Source: an uncultured Gemmataceae bacterium
GTDB taxonomy: Bacteria > Planctomycetota > Planctomycetia > Gemmatales > Gemmataceae
DNA length: 64,000 nucleotides
Direction of reading: 5' to 3'
Assembly (NCBI GenBank): GCA_963750165.1
Contig: CAVVPN010000011.1
Span: 896,001 to 960,000 of the forward strand
Position numbers and translations under genes: made by a program
Part shown: positions 1-10,758 of the stretch, piece by piece
Layout: each line of letters opens with the position of its first letter
Position numbering within the stretch: the first letter of the stretch is position 1
The notes under the pieces: generated by a model
What the model saw: only the letters and a program-made list of their open reading frames with translations
What the model was told of the DNA's origin: nothing
Databases searched by the model: none

Positions 1-307
1 CGAAGAACGCTGGGAACTGGCCGGGGTAGAGGAAAAAGAAAAACACCACGCCCCCGGCCCGGGCCACCACCGTACACGCGGCCAGGGGAGCATAGCGGAT
101 CGGGTCCACAGCCCCGGGGATGTAAAAGACGCTCAGGAGCATCAGCAAAAGACAGGCGCAGGCCGGCCAGATCGGCTGCACTGCCGGCTCGGTCCCAGCC
201 AGTCCGAGTACCGCGTTCGGGATGAAAATCCCGGGCAGCGCGAAGAACCAGTCCTGCAGGATGCCGACAAACACCGCCCAGCGGAACCAGCGGCTGTACT
301 TGCTCAT
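1..307 (-). CDS. Integral membrane protein (runs off the left edge of the window)
   Basis: Manual translation from ATG at 307: MSKYSRWFRWAVFVGILQDWFFALPGIFIP...PIWPACACLLLMLLSVFYIPGAVDPIRY...; several hydrophobic segments; directly downstream of the cytochrome gene. Confidence 0.75.
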   Translation of the reverse strand, partial: MSKYSRWFRWAVFVGILQDWFFALPGIFIPNAVLGLAGTEPAVQPIWPACACLLLMLLSVFYIPGAVDPIRYAPLAACTVVARAGGVVFFFFLYPGQFPAFF

Positions 308-349
308 GTGACCCTCCTTCCCCGTCCAGGACTCGGACCCGCCCGGCGT

Positions 350-2004
350 CTACAGTTTCTTGAGGTACTCCAGCAGCGCCCGCTTCTCACCGTCGGAAAG
401 CTCCGTGCCGTAGACGCGGCCCTCATGGCCCTGGTTGCCGTTGCCGCCCAGGGTCGTGTCATACCGAAACAGTTTGCGGCCGTCGGCGGATCGATCGCGG
501 TCGGAACGGAAGCCAACGTTTATCGGGTCGTACTCGTCGTCCCCGCGCCAGAAGTAGAGTTTGTCTTTTGGCAAACGGTCCGACGCCTTTTTGAGCAGAT
601 CGTTTAGCGTAGGCACCGAACCATTGTGCAGGTACGGCGCCCGGGCCCAGAGGCCGTCCAGCGGCATGCTTACGTAGCCGTTCGTCTTGCGAAAGTTGTG
701 GAACCGCCACCACTGCCCGGCGCCGAACGTGTTCTGGTTGAAGGCGAAGTCCACGGTGTACGAGTCCAAACGGGCGCTGTCAGTGCCGATCTTGTCAATG
801 GGCACCACCTGGCCGACCTGGGCGCCGCGCCAGTCATGGCAGGCCGCACAATATTGCTGGTAAATCGCCTGTCCCCGGGCGGCCAGCGGCTCGTCGATCG
901 GGAACGGGTATTTCGGGATGGGCAGTTCGCCCTGACGCGGCACCGGGTTGGCGCGGGCCGCTTCGATCTCCTCGACAGTGAGCGGCTGTTTCGGGTCGGG
1001 CGAGCCGATCCACCGCGCCACGCGCAGGATGCGGGGGATGTCCACGCTGACGGGTGTGGCGCCCGCGCCCATCGCGGCACTGAGGTTGCGCTCGAAGACC
1101 GACGTGTTGTTGCCGTCCCAGTGCAGGTGCATGCCCTCGCGCGGCCGCTGGTTCCACAGCGACGGGAGGTCCGCCGTGCCGATGCTTTTGTCCTGCGGGA
1201 AGCCGAAATACTGGTACTTGTACGGGTTGAACGTGTCGATGCGACCCGGCCCCGAGCGCGGGTTCTTGTAGAGGAAGGCGAAGTCCTTTTGTTTCTTCTC
1301 CAGGGCCTTGCGCACCTCGGGGATCGCCTGTTTGTACACCAGCCGTTCGATCGGCCGCAGGGTCGTCCGCTTGCCGATGGCCGCCAGCACCTCGTGCTCG
1401 GTGAAGCGGCTGTCGGTGCCGCACGCGATCAGGAACTTGACGTACTCAGCGAGGTCCACGGTAATGGCTGGCATGCCGAGGATGATCACCCGCTCCTTCG
1501 CTTGCGGGGACAAGTAGTCCGGCTCGGCCCCGTAAATCCGCGTGGGGTCCATGCCCGGCACCACCTTTACTGTACCCACGTGGCAGACCGCGCAGTTGAG
1601 GCCGACGCGGTCCACCAGCACCCGGCGTTTGGTGAATCCTATCGGCAACTCGCGCCGGACTCGTGTAGGAAGCCGAACTGGGCGTAGCCGGCCAGGGCGG
1701 TCCGCTGCTCGGCCGGCAGCGACCGGAACTTCTCCGGCTCGGGCAGGTGCTCGGCAAACATCTCCGGCAGGGCGTCCCAGATCCAGTACGGGATGCCCTG
1801 CTCCACGTCCGAGCCGATGGAGCCGTACTTGAAGTGGTCCCGGATGTCCTCGTAGTCGGTTGGCACCTGGGCAAAGACGCCCCAGTACACGGCCGTGATC
1901 AGCAAGAAGATCACGGCCCCGACAACGATCCAGACCCTCCGGGCGAACCGGAGCCGGTAAAGTTGCACCGGGTCGCGCCATTCCGTCACTATGGGCTGGC
2001 TCAT
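350..2004 (-). CDS. Membrane-anchored di-haem cytochrome c, RoxA/MauG-like (one frameshift near 1655)
   Basis: ORF 1639..2004 (TM anchor, HFKYGSIG) joins the frame of 350..2359 at ELPIGF; two CxxCH motifs (CAVCH, CAACH) and the PLDGLWARAPYLHNGSVPTL motif. Confidence 0.8.
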
Positions 2005-2034
2005 GCGACGTTCCCCCTTGCAGAATCGGCTGGC

Positions 2035-2175
2035 TTACGCGAGATACAGATACCAGTAGGCCGCGGCGATCACCGCCACCACGACGATGCTGAGGATGAT
2101 GAGCCACCGGCGGCGCGCCCGGAGGCAGTACAACTGCACCGGGTCGCGCCACTCCGTCACCTTGGTCTGGGTCAT
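2035..2175 (-). CDS. 46-aa single-TM peptide paralogous to the cytochrome c N-terminus
   Basis: MTQTKVTEWRDPVQLYCLRARRRWLIILSIVVVAVIAAAYWYLYLA with AGGAG RBS; shares VTEWRDPVQLY with the start of the next gene. Confidence 0.7.
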   Translation of the reverse strand: MTQTKVTEWRDPVQLYCLRARRRWLIILSIVVVAVIAAAYWYLYLA

Positions 2176-2454
2176 GGGCCACTCCTGTTTCCGTGGTGGG
2201 CTCAGGCATGCTGCCGGGCCACGTCCACCACATTCGGTTCGTGCTTGCCGTCGTTCTCGAGCCGTTTGCGGATGGGAGTAGCGGGGAGTCACTGGGCCAG
2301 AGGGCCACCGGGCCACCCTGTCGGAAACCGTGGCCGTGCCGTGCCCACCCCTGCCACACCGCGCAACCGGGCCACCACCATTTCCTCCCACACAGAGCGT
2401 TTTTTTTCGGAACAACCGACTCAACCCCACCGCTTCACCCATGCGCACACTGCT

Positions 2455-3807
2455 CTAGGCAAACGGCGAGGGCTTGTAGACAGACATGGCCGTTTCGATC
2501 ATCTTCTCAAAGTCGCCGTCGAAGCGGCTCAGTTCGTAGCACGCCAGCGGCCAGGCGACATCGTTGAAGCAGCACTTGTTGCAGTAGGTACACAGCTTAT
2601 TCTCCGGCACCTCCTCGCCGCGCGCGAAGTATTCGACCAGGTTGTTGTTGGCGATCAGCGGTCGGGCGATGCTGACGGCATCGGTCTTGCCGTCGCGGAT
2701 CGCCGCGCGGATGAAGGCACCGTTCTGGAAGCCGCCGGTGCAGATGACCGGGATTTTCAGGGCCTTCTTGATGGCCTCGGCGTACCCGAGGTTGATGCCC
2801 TGCACTGGCCCCTTGCCGGCACCGCGGTGCCGCCACCACCAGGCGACGAACGGCCCCACGAGCCAGCTGTAGAAGAACAGGTAATTGCGGTGCGTGAGGG
2901 TGCCGCTCGACAGGACAGTCGAGTAGGTGCGCTGCACGTCGATCAGCGGCAGGTCGCCGGCGGGGTTGCGCGGGTGCGGGAACAGACTGCCGCTGGACAC
3001 GTGGATGGCGTGGACCCCCTCGGCCTCCAGCATCTTGCACAGCTCGATCTCTTCCTCCAGGGTGTTGCCCTTCTTGTACCAGGGGAACAGGGCGTTATTG
3101 TGGTCGGCGCCGTTGATCTTGCACTGCAGGTGAAAATCCTTGCCTGCCTCGCGCTGGATCGCCCGGACGATCTCGATCAGGAAGCGGGCGCGGTTTTCCA
3201 GCGAGCCGCCGTACTCGTCCCTGCGGTCGTTGATACCGCTGCTGAGGAACTGGTTGATCAGGTAGCCGTTGGCCGAGTGCGTCTCCACGCCGTCCAACCC
3301 CGCCGCACGGGCGCGCCGAGCTCCCGCCCCAAACCAGTCCACGACCTCCTTGATCTCCGCCTTCGTCATCGCCCGGCAGAGAATGCCGTGGAAGTAGTCA
3401 CGCTGGTTGGTGGAACTCTGTGCGAGCTTGAACAGGTTCTCGACGCCGCCCATGTCTTGCTGGCGGCCGGAGTGGCTCAGTTGCAAGATGTAGCGACACG
3501 GGACGCCGTTCTCGTCCTTGTACTGGTGGACTCGTTCGCCGACCGCACGCCAGAACGGGATCTTGTCGTCGTTGTCGATCACGGCGAAGTTGGGCAGGAT
3601 ACGGCCCCGGACGTGGACCGGCACGTAGGACGAGATGATCGCCCCAACGCCGCCGCGGGCGAACTTCTCCTCCCAGTTGATGCGAGCGTGGGTTCCCGAG
3701 CCATCGTAATTGTCGAACCGCCCCGAGATGCTGGAGCGGAAAATGCGGTTCTTGACCGTCAGGTGCGGGAAGATGAGCGGCTCAAACAGGATGTCCTTGG
3801 CTGGCAC
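2455..3807 (-). CDS. NADH:flavin oxidoreductase, Old Yellow Enzyme family
   Basis: LFEPL..LTVKNRIFRS start, QLSHSGRQ, HSANGYLINQFLS, DEYGGSLENRARF, IARPLIAN, C-terminal CTYCNKC; GTG start after GAGGAGG. Confidence 0.9.
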   Translation of the reverse strand: MPAKDILFEPLIFPHLTVKNRIFRSSISGRFDNYDGSGTHARINWEEKFARGGVGAIISSYVPVHVRGRILPNFAVIDNDDKIPFWRAVGERVHQYKDENGVPCRYILQLSHSGRQQDMGGVENLFKLAQSSTNQRDYFHGILCRAMTKAEIKEVVDWFGAGARRARAAGLDGVETHSANGYLINQFLSSGINDRRDEYGGSLENRARFLIEIVRAIQREAGKDFHLQCKINGADHNNALFPWYKKGNTLEEEIELCKMLEAEGVHAIHVSSGSLFPHPRNPAGDLPLIDVQRTYSTVLSSGTLTHRNYLFFYSWLVGPFVAWWWRHRGAGKGPVQGINLGYAEAIKKALKIPVICTGGFQNGAFIRAAIRDGKTDAVSIARPLIANNNLVEYFARGEEVPENKLCTYCNKCCFNDVAWPLACYELSRFDGDFEKMIETAMSVYKPSPFA

Positions 3808-4080
3808 GGGATCCTCCTCTCCAGGCGGACGGTCGGACTTAGGAGCGGGTTGAGAAGGCCGCCGACTCACCCTGCCGCCCAGACCGGCCTGAGCTGGGGG
3901 CCCTGGGCGGCAGAGGAAGCGGCGCTGGCCACACAAGAGTAATCGCAATCGCCGGTAAAAAAGGGACACGCGTTTTGGAAAAAAACTCTCGCCCGCGTCT
4001 GAGCCCCTCGGACAGCAGCCTTCCGCGCGTACGCGCCGACGAGTGCGGGTGCGTGGTTCTTCGCCATCGCTGTGCCGGGC

Positions 4081-5165
4081 TCAATCGCTCAGGGTCGTCC
4101 GCCAGAATGGTTTGACCCATTCCTGAATTTGCTCCAGAGGTCGGTGGTGTACCACATTGGTCACGCTCAGGAACTCCATCACCACCAGGGCGGCACGGGC
4201 CTCGCTCGCCAGCATCTCCTTCAGGATGGCCCCCTGGGCCTCGTCGATGAGCTGCTCGCGCAGGGCGGCGTGCTGGTCGCCTGGCAGCAGGATCGTGATC
4301 AGCCGCTCGGCGCCGTCCAGCCGCCCCCACATCAGGTCATTGAACCGCCAGCGGCGGTCCAGGAAGGCGCCGAAATGGAACAGGGCGGTGCCGGCCAGTT
4401 TGCGGCGGCCCCCTTTCTGTCTCCCCTCCATCCGTTCATCGATCAGGTTCGTGGCGTCTTCCGGACTGATGCGGAAGATGTCCACCGTGGCAGGTTCACC
4501 AACACCCGAGCCGAACAGGATCAGATAAATCACCATGTCGTACTCGTCGTAGGTGTAGAAGTAGCGCCGCAGGACGCTCCGCACGACCCGCAATGACTCG
4601 GAATCCTCCCCCTCTATGACGACCAGGGCCAGCCGGCACTTTTTGTCCACCTCCGCCACCAGGGGGCGCAGCAGGTGGGCCAGTCGATCCGCCGCGTAGT
4701 TCAGATTGGCCTTGATGGCTCCCGAGTTGGCCTCCAGCAGCCAATGGGCGCACTGCCGCATCGCCTCTTCCGGGCTGCGCTCGAAAGCGTCCTCCGGGAC
4801 GGGCGGGAGCCCGGCCAGGGGTTTGCCCAGGATGTAGCTCAGGTGGTCCGGCGCGACGCCGAGTTCCACGACGATGTCGCCCACCTGGATCGAGGAGGGG
4901 CGGCCGGCGGTGGCCGGCGGCTGGGTCAGCAGCTTCCCGCTCAGGCGGGCTAGCGTGACCGAGCAGCGGTTGAGCATCTCCTTGATGCGGCGCAGTTCCG
5001 CCTGGATCCGCGTTTTCTCCGCATCGGGGAGGTTCTGCCATCCGGACACGTCGGCGAGCGGGCTGCCCTCCTCCGCCCAGCGGGACAGGACCTCAAACGT
5101 CGGCCCGTCCAGGCGGTGCAACTGGTTGATCTTGGTGCGGACGAAGTTCAGGCGGCGATTGAATG
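4081..5165 (-). pseudogene. C-terminal part (DUF3376-like) of a patatin-related protein; patatin domain absent
   Basis: RRLNFV...VDIFRISP...KLAGTALFHFGAFLDRRWRFNDLMWGRLDGAERL signature; no patatin GxSxG region upstream and no convincing start. Confidence 0.7.
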
Positions 5166-5574
5166 ACCGCGCTTGCCAGCAAGCGTCCCCTGGCTTGTTC
5201 GCCGTGTTTGTGGGTAATTGACAGCGGCCGGTCTCCGCGCAGACGCCGGGCAACAACACCGTGGCCGACGACCTGCAGCGGGTCAGACGGTAGGCCGGCG
5301 CATTGCCAGGGTTTGTGTCGGCGACCACACCGCTGAAAACACCGGCGCGACGATTTTGGTCGGCAGGCACCGCCAGGTCCTCCGCCTGGCGGTGCCTTCA
5401 AATTGGTTGCGTCAGCGTCGGGTGCTCTCTGCCGCGCCCGGCATCTTCCAGTTACTCTGTGTCGCTGTCAACGGAAACGGGGCGGCTTTGGTTGATCATT
5501 GATCAGATGTCGGGGTCGCTCGACCAACAAAGGAGGCCCCGCACATGGCGGGGCTTCCTGGGGCGCACAGGGGT

Positions 5575-5682
5575 TCAGTTGGTGTTGCGCCTGGCGAACT
5601 TGCCGCGCTCGGTCTTGACGAACCGCGCCTGTTGGCCCTTGATGCTGAGCTCACGCAGGATGGCGCTGTGGCTGGTCGCCGC
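5575..5682 (-). pseudogene. 3' remnant of a HARE-HTH-like winged-helix gene
   Basis: Translates ...ATSHSAILRELSIKGQQARFVKTERGKFARRNTN*; upstream part missing. Confidence 0.55.
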
Positions 5683-5822
5683 GTCGTCTCGCCCTCTTGT
5701 GAAGTCCAGTAACCTTTAGAAAAACCCGGGGGGCGGTGAGTGCGGAACCGAACTCTAAACCGCGCAAGCAGCCTGGCGCGCTGGCGAACGCCAGGCCGCT
5801 TGCGGCGGCCCGGGCAGGCCGG

Positions 5823-7060
5823 TTACAACAGTTCGTCGATCGGCGTCGGGTCGTCCATGACGTTGACCGGGCGGCCGCTGGGGTCGAGCAGCTGCAGGCG
5901 CGGGTCGATGCCCAGCACGTGGTAGATGGTGGCGTGGAGGTTGCAGGGCGTGAGCGGCCGGGAGTTGGGCCGCGTGCCGAGCCGATCGGTGGAGCCGACC
6001 ACCTGGCCGCCGCGCAGCCCGCCGCCGCCGAGCAGGCAGAACATGGCGTTGCCCCAGTGGTCGCGGCCCGGCGTACCCATGCTCCGCGGCGCCCCGCCGT
6101 TGCCGCCGTCGTTCATGCGCGGCGTGCGGCTGAACTCGCCGCACAACACCACCAGCACCCGCCCCAGCAGGCCGCGCCGCTCCAGGTCCTCGAACAGCGC
6201 CGACACCGCCGCGTCCACCATCGGCAGGTAGCGCTCCATGCCCGCCTGCAGGTCCCAGTGGTGGTCCCAGCCGCCGAAGTGGACCGTGACGAAGGTCGTG
6301 CCGGCCTCGACCAGCCGGCGCGCCAGCAGGGTGCTCTGGCCCCAGTGGTTGCGGCCGTACTGGTCGCGCACCCGGGGGTCCTCGCGGCCGATGTCGAAGG
6401 CCAGGCGGGCGGTCGGGCCGGTGACGAAGTCGAAGGCCTCGCGGTTGAAGCGGTCCATGGCCTCGGCGGTGCCGTGGTCGTCCAGGTGGTGGCGCGAGGC
6501 GTCGAATTGCCGGCACAGGGCGCGGCGGTCTTCCAGGCGCTCCAGCGTCAGACCGCGGGCCAGGTTCAGGTTCTGCACGCTGAAGTTGGGGCTATTGGGG
6601 TCGCCGCCCGGCTGGAAGGGGTTGTGCTGGGCGCCGAGCAGGCCGCCGCCGAAGTAGCCGGGGGGTCAGGCCGATGCTGCTGGCGTGCGGCACGCCGACG
6701 TAGGCGGGCAGGCCCGGCCGGCGCGGGCCGGCCTCGCGCGACACGAAGGCGCCGATGCCGGGGAAGCGCTGGCCGTTGTTGACGCCGCTGACGCCCAGAT
6801 CCTTGGCGGTGAGCATACGGTGGCCGCCGGCGAAGTGGTCCCCGGTGTCGTGGTGCAGCGAGCGCACCACCGAGAACAGGTTCGTCACCCGGGCCTGGCG
6901 CGGGAACAGTTCACTGATGTCGAAGCCGGGCACCCGCGTGCGGATCGGCCGCCAGATGCCGCGGTACTCCGCCGGGGCCTCCGGTTTCAGGTCGTACAGG
7001 TCCATGTGGCTGGGGCCGCCGTCCAGCCAGATCAGGATGACGGAGGTGTCCCGCGTGCCC
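5823..7060 (-). pseudogene. DUF1501 family protein, 5'-truncated, frameshift at the G-run near 6660
   Basis: RDTSVILIWLDGGPSHMDLYDLKP, LLARRLVEAG, GGWDHH, GEFSRTP, GRDHW motifs; N-terminal signal region missing at the 7060 junction. Confidence 0.88.
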
Positions 7061-7061
7061 C

Positions 7062-9263
7062 CAGACGCAGTACGTCTTCGACGCGCTCAACCGCAGCACG
7101 GTGACCATCGACGCGCTGAGCGGCAGCACCACGAACACCTACGACGCGGCCGGCAACCTGACGCAGACCGAGGACGCCGACGGCAACGTCACCACCTTCA
7201 GCTACGACGCCGACGAGCGGCAGATCACGAATACGGACCCGTTCGGGCACACCACCACCAACGCCTACAACGCCGTGGGGTTGCTCACGGACACGACCGA
7301 CCGGCTGGGGCGGCAGATCCAGTACCTCTACGACGCGGATAACCGGGTGACGGGGCAGACCTGGGTGGCGTCCGACGGCACGACGGTGGACCAGCGGCTG
7401 ACCTTCACCTACGACAACGACGGCAACCAGCTGACCGCGCAGAGCAGCAGCGGCACGTACACGATGAGTTACGACGGGCTGGGGCGGGTCACGGGGGTGC
7501 AGGAGCCGTTCGGCCAGCAGTTGACGTTCAGCTACGACGCGCGCGGCAACCGCACGGTGGTGCAGGACAGCCAGGACGGCGTGACCACCTCGGTCTACGA
7601 CGACAACAACCAGCTGGTGGAACTGGAGCAATCGGAGAGCGGGTCAGCGCCGCTGCGCGTCAACCTGACGTACAACCAGCTGGGACAAAACGACTCGATC
7701 ACGCGCTACAACAGCCTGGACGGGCTGGTAACCGAGGTGGTGGCCACGACGAGCCTCAGCTACGACGTGTACGGCCGGGAGACCAACATCGACCACACCG
7801 ACGGCACGCCCACCAGCATCACCTACACCTACGACGCCCAGGGCTGGGTCAACACCGAGACGCGCGACAGCACCACCGTCACCTACACCTACGACGCGGA
7901 CGGCGAGTTGACGGGGGACGGCGCCACCACGGTGACGTACGACGCCGACGGCAACCGCGACAACGGCAGCAACACGCCGGGCACGGCCAACCAGCTGACG
8001 ACGGACGGGACGTGGGACTACAGCTACGACCTGGAGGGCAACGAGACCAAGAAGGTCAACGTCAGCACCGGCGAAACCTGGACCTACGGCTACGACCAGC
8101 GCAACGAACTCCTCTGGGCCAAGGACCGGGTCACCGACGGCGGCACCTTGATTTCCCGCACCAGCTACAAGTATGATGCGTATGGCAACCGCATCGAACA
8201 AGACATTGACACGAACGGCGACGGTACGGTAGATATTGAGCAGCGCTACGCGCTGGACGGCTGGAACCCGGCGCTGGCGGGCTCAACAGGGAACTCCAAC
8301 TGGAACGTGTGGGCGGACCTGGACGGGCTAAACAGCAACGCGCTGGTCTCGAAGTACCTGCGCGGAGACGTGGTGGACCAGCTGTTCGCGCGGGTGGACG
8401 ATGTCAGTTCGACGCTGACGCCGTACTGGATGCTGACCGACCACCTGGGGTCGGTGATCGCCGTGACGGATGATAGCGGCGCGGTGCAGGCGAGCGTCCA
8501 CTACGACGGCTGGGGCAAGGCCACGATCACCGGGAGCAATACGGCGGCGGTGGGCCGCTACGAGTGGACGGGGCGCGAGTACGACGCCGAGACGAAGCTG
8601 CAGTACAACCGGGCACGCTACTACGACGCCGCGACCGGGCGCTGGATGAGCCAGGACCCGCTCGGGTTCGATGCGGGGGATAGCAACCTGTATCGGTACG
8701 CATCAAACAAGCCCACTACCTTAACAGACCCGAGCGGTTTGCTATGGACACCAAGGAATACGTGGGAAAATCACCTGACAGGCGCGACAAAAAAGAAATG
8801 GGAAAAGCTTTGGGATCATGACTGGCGAATCGTCGGGAATAACGGCAAGAAGTTCGGCAGTTTTGCGTTTGGTCCTGCGGTAGAGGATGTTCGCACGACC
8901 TTCGATGAAGAGGACATGAAGAAGGGAATGATCAAGGGACGTGACATTCAATGGTATCGAGGCTATTACGTCGGTGGGTCCTACGGTTGGCTCGTCGATT
9001 TCGACAAAATGACCATTCAGATCGACGCTGTGACCGATGAGTACGCTGCCGAGGTGTTGAACGAATTGATCCCCAGGCTGGCCGATGGTGAACAGAAGAG
9101 TGGGAAAAAGTATGAATACCACATCGATCTCTACTCGGGGAAAAAAGTGAACGATGCGCCTGCGCGATCGATGGGACACGCGATTCGATCGCGACATTCG
9201 CGGCAAAGACTACCCACCGCCGGCTGCCCGCTTTTTGTTGAACCTGAGCCAACGAGTCGGTGA
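7062..9263 (+). CDS. Orphan Rhs/YD-repeat core with C-terminal tip (module 1), N-terminus missing
   Basis: YD repeats, TDHLGS, ARYYD..GRWMSQDPLG, DPSGL at 8727-8741, then an AT-richer variable tip; frame starts mid-repeat at 7062. Confidence 0.9.
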   Translation, partial: QTQYVFDALNRSTVTIDALSGSTTNTYDAAGNLTQTEDADGNVTTFSYDADERQITNTDPFGHTTTNAYNAVGLLTDTTDRLGRQIQYLYDADNRVTGQTWVASDGTTVDQRLTFTYDNDGNQLTAQSSSGTYTMSYDGLGRVTGVQEPFGQQLTFSYDARGNRTVVQDSQDGVTTSVYDDNNQLVELEQSESGSAPLRVNLTYNQLGQNDSITRYNSLDGLVTEVVATTSLSYDVYGRETNIDHTDGTPTSITYTYDAQGWVNTETRDSTTVTYTYDADGELTGDGATTVTYDADGNRDNGSNTPGTANQLTTDGTWDYSYDLEGNETKKVNVSTGETWTYGYDQRNELLWAKDRVTDGGTLISRTSYKYDAYGNRIEQDIDTNGDGTVDIEQRYALDGWNPALAGSTGNSNWNVWADLDGLNSNALVSKYLRGDVVDQLFARVDDVSSTLTPYWMLTDHLGSVIAVTDDSGAVQASVHYDGWGKATITGSNTAAVGRYEWTGREYDAETKLQYNRARYYDAATGRWMSQDPLGFDAGDSNLYRYASNKPTTLTDPSGLLWTPRNTWENHLTGATKKKWEKLWDHDWRIVGNNGKKFGSFAFGPAVEDVRTTFDEEDMKKGMIKGRDIQWYRGYYVGGSYGWLVDFDKMTIQIDAVTDEYAAEVLNELIPRLADGEQKSGKKYEYHIDLYSGKKVNDAPARSMGHAIRSRHSRQRLPTAGCPLFVEPEPTSR

Positions 9264-9435
9264 GGCTGCTGACAGGGTGATTCAAGGGACCGTCGGCTTC
9301 TGGACCGTGACTCGACCTGACGGCTGGAGGGACTTGGTGACTGCGGTTCGTGATGGCGTCCGGTACATCTACGACGCCAAGCAGGGGGCCGAATGGCAAC
9401 GATTTATTGATGAGGCGATGAAGAAAGCCAAATAA
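9154..9435 (+). CDS. 93-aa ORF: small immunity candidate or frameshifted end of the Rhs1 tip
   Basis: Protein-like ORF (MRLRDRWDTRF...EAMKKAK) overlapping the last 110 nt of the Rhs1 ORF in another frame. Confidence 0.5.
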   Translation: MRLRDRWDTRFDRDIRGKDYPPPAARFLLNLSQRVGEAADRVIQGTVGFWTVTRPDGWRDLVTAVRDGVRYIYDAKQGAEWQRFIDEAMKKAK

Positions 9436-9686
9436 CCTCATGGCAGGGTTGTCGCATTAGACAGCTCTCGCCTGCACGGATATAGTTCAGGTTTAGCTCT
9501 GACCGGTGTGGCTACACAACCCCCGCCCCTGTGGAATCGGAAACCGCGACGGCCTACGCCAACGACTGGCTCCCGCCGTAACGCGCAACCCGGTTGACAC
9601 TCCCTCAGTGCCCCCGAACCGGCCGGGGCGGCTAGGCTAAAGGCTTTCGCGCGGCGGGTAGGACAATTGGCAGCACAATCGAGAGT

Positions 9687-10707
9687 ATGATGGCAACTAT
9701 TTTCAAAACCTCAGGGCGGTTTATGGGCAGCGGCTTTGTGGTTGTGGTGGCGACGCTGTCACCCTGGTTGGTCGGGCCAGTTTCCCTTGGCGGAGATGCC
9801 AAGGGACAGGACCGGGTGGTGATGGCGTTGGAGAAAGCCGGGTGGGAGGTGCAACTGGGCAAAGAATTTGACGGCTCCCTGGTCTGCGCGCTGAGGTTCC
9901 AACGCGAGAAACCAGACGACGACGACTTGGTACACCTCAGAGAAGCCCGAAAGTTGCCGCACTCCCTATACCTAATCCTGGCGAGGAGCAAGATTAGCGA
10001 CCAAGGACTGTCGCATGTGTCGAGACTTACCAACCTCAAAAAGTTGAGCCTTTTCGACACCCGCATCGGTGACCAAGGGGTGGCGCGCTTGAAGAAACTA
10101 TCACATTTGCAGAGACTATCTCTCGGGGGAACGGATATTTCAGACCAAAGTTTGGAATACATCAAAGAACTGAAAGCACTGCTCCATCTTGATTTGTCCT
10201 CGACAAAGGTTTCCGACAAGGGGTTATCTCATCTGCGCGCTTACGAGACTGGAATCCATCGATTTGCAGCAAACATCTGTGACTGACGATGGATTGATGC
10301 ACTTGAAGGATTGTAAAGACATGGTGTTCCTCAGCATCCCGTTTACCAAGGTGAACGGAGTTGGTTTTCAAATGTTTGGCGAAATGAAACGACTGCAGAT
10401 TCTTGACCTTCGTAGCACTAAGATCACGGATGAATCTCTGCATCATTGTACCCACCTCACTAAGCTGGAAGTCCTATTACTTGACGAAACTCCGATTGGG
10501 AATGCGGGGTTGGCGCACGTCGGCAAGTTGAAGAGCCTGAGGCGGCTCTCCCTCTCTGGAACGAAAATTACGGACAAGGGACTTCCCTCGTTGTACAGGT
10601 TGCGGATTTTGCAAGAGTTGAATTTGTCCGCCACAAGTGTGTCCGCAGATGCGATTCGGTTGCTCAAGGAAAAGTTGGGGGCGGATGTGAAGATCGCCGC
10701 TCCGTGA
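9687..10707 (+). CDS. Leucine-rich-repeat protein with probable signal peptide (frameshift near 10240); immunity candidate
   Basis: About 24-aa repeats LxxLxLxxTxIxDxGLxxL in ORFs 9687..10286 and 10189..10707; hydrophobic N-terminus. Confidence 0.85.
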
Positions 10708-10758
10708 AGGATTCTGTGCTTAGGTCCCGTGTCAATACCCCCCTAATTCGGCGCCAAC

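Noticed and set aside
2005..2359. N-terminal extension of the 669-aa ORF as the cytochrome start
   Set aside because: Low-complexity out-of-frame read-through; the real N-terminus is ORF 1639..2004 joined by a frameshift
1747..3942. 731-aa plus-strand ORF and similar long antisense ORFs (11307..13352, 42909..44561, 54767..58375, 60830..63226)
   Set aside because: Shadow frames of high-GC genes on the opposite strand; no recognisable motifs
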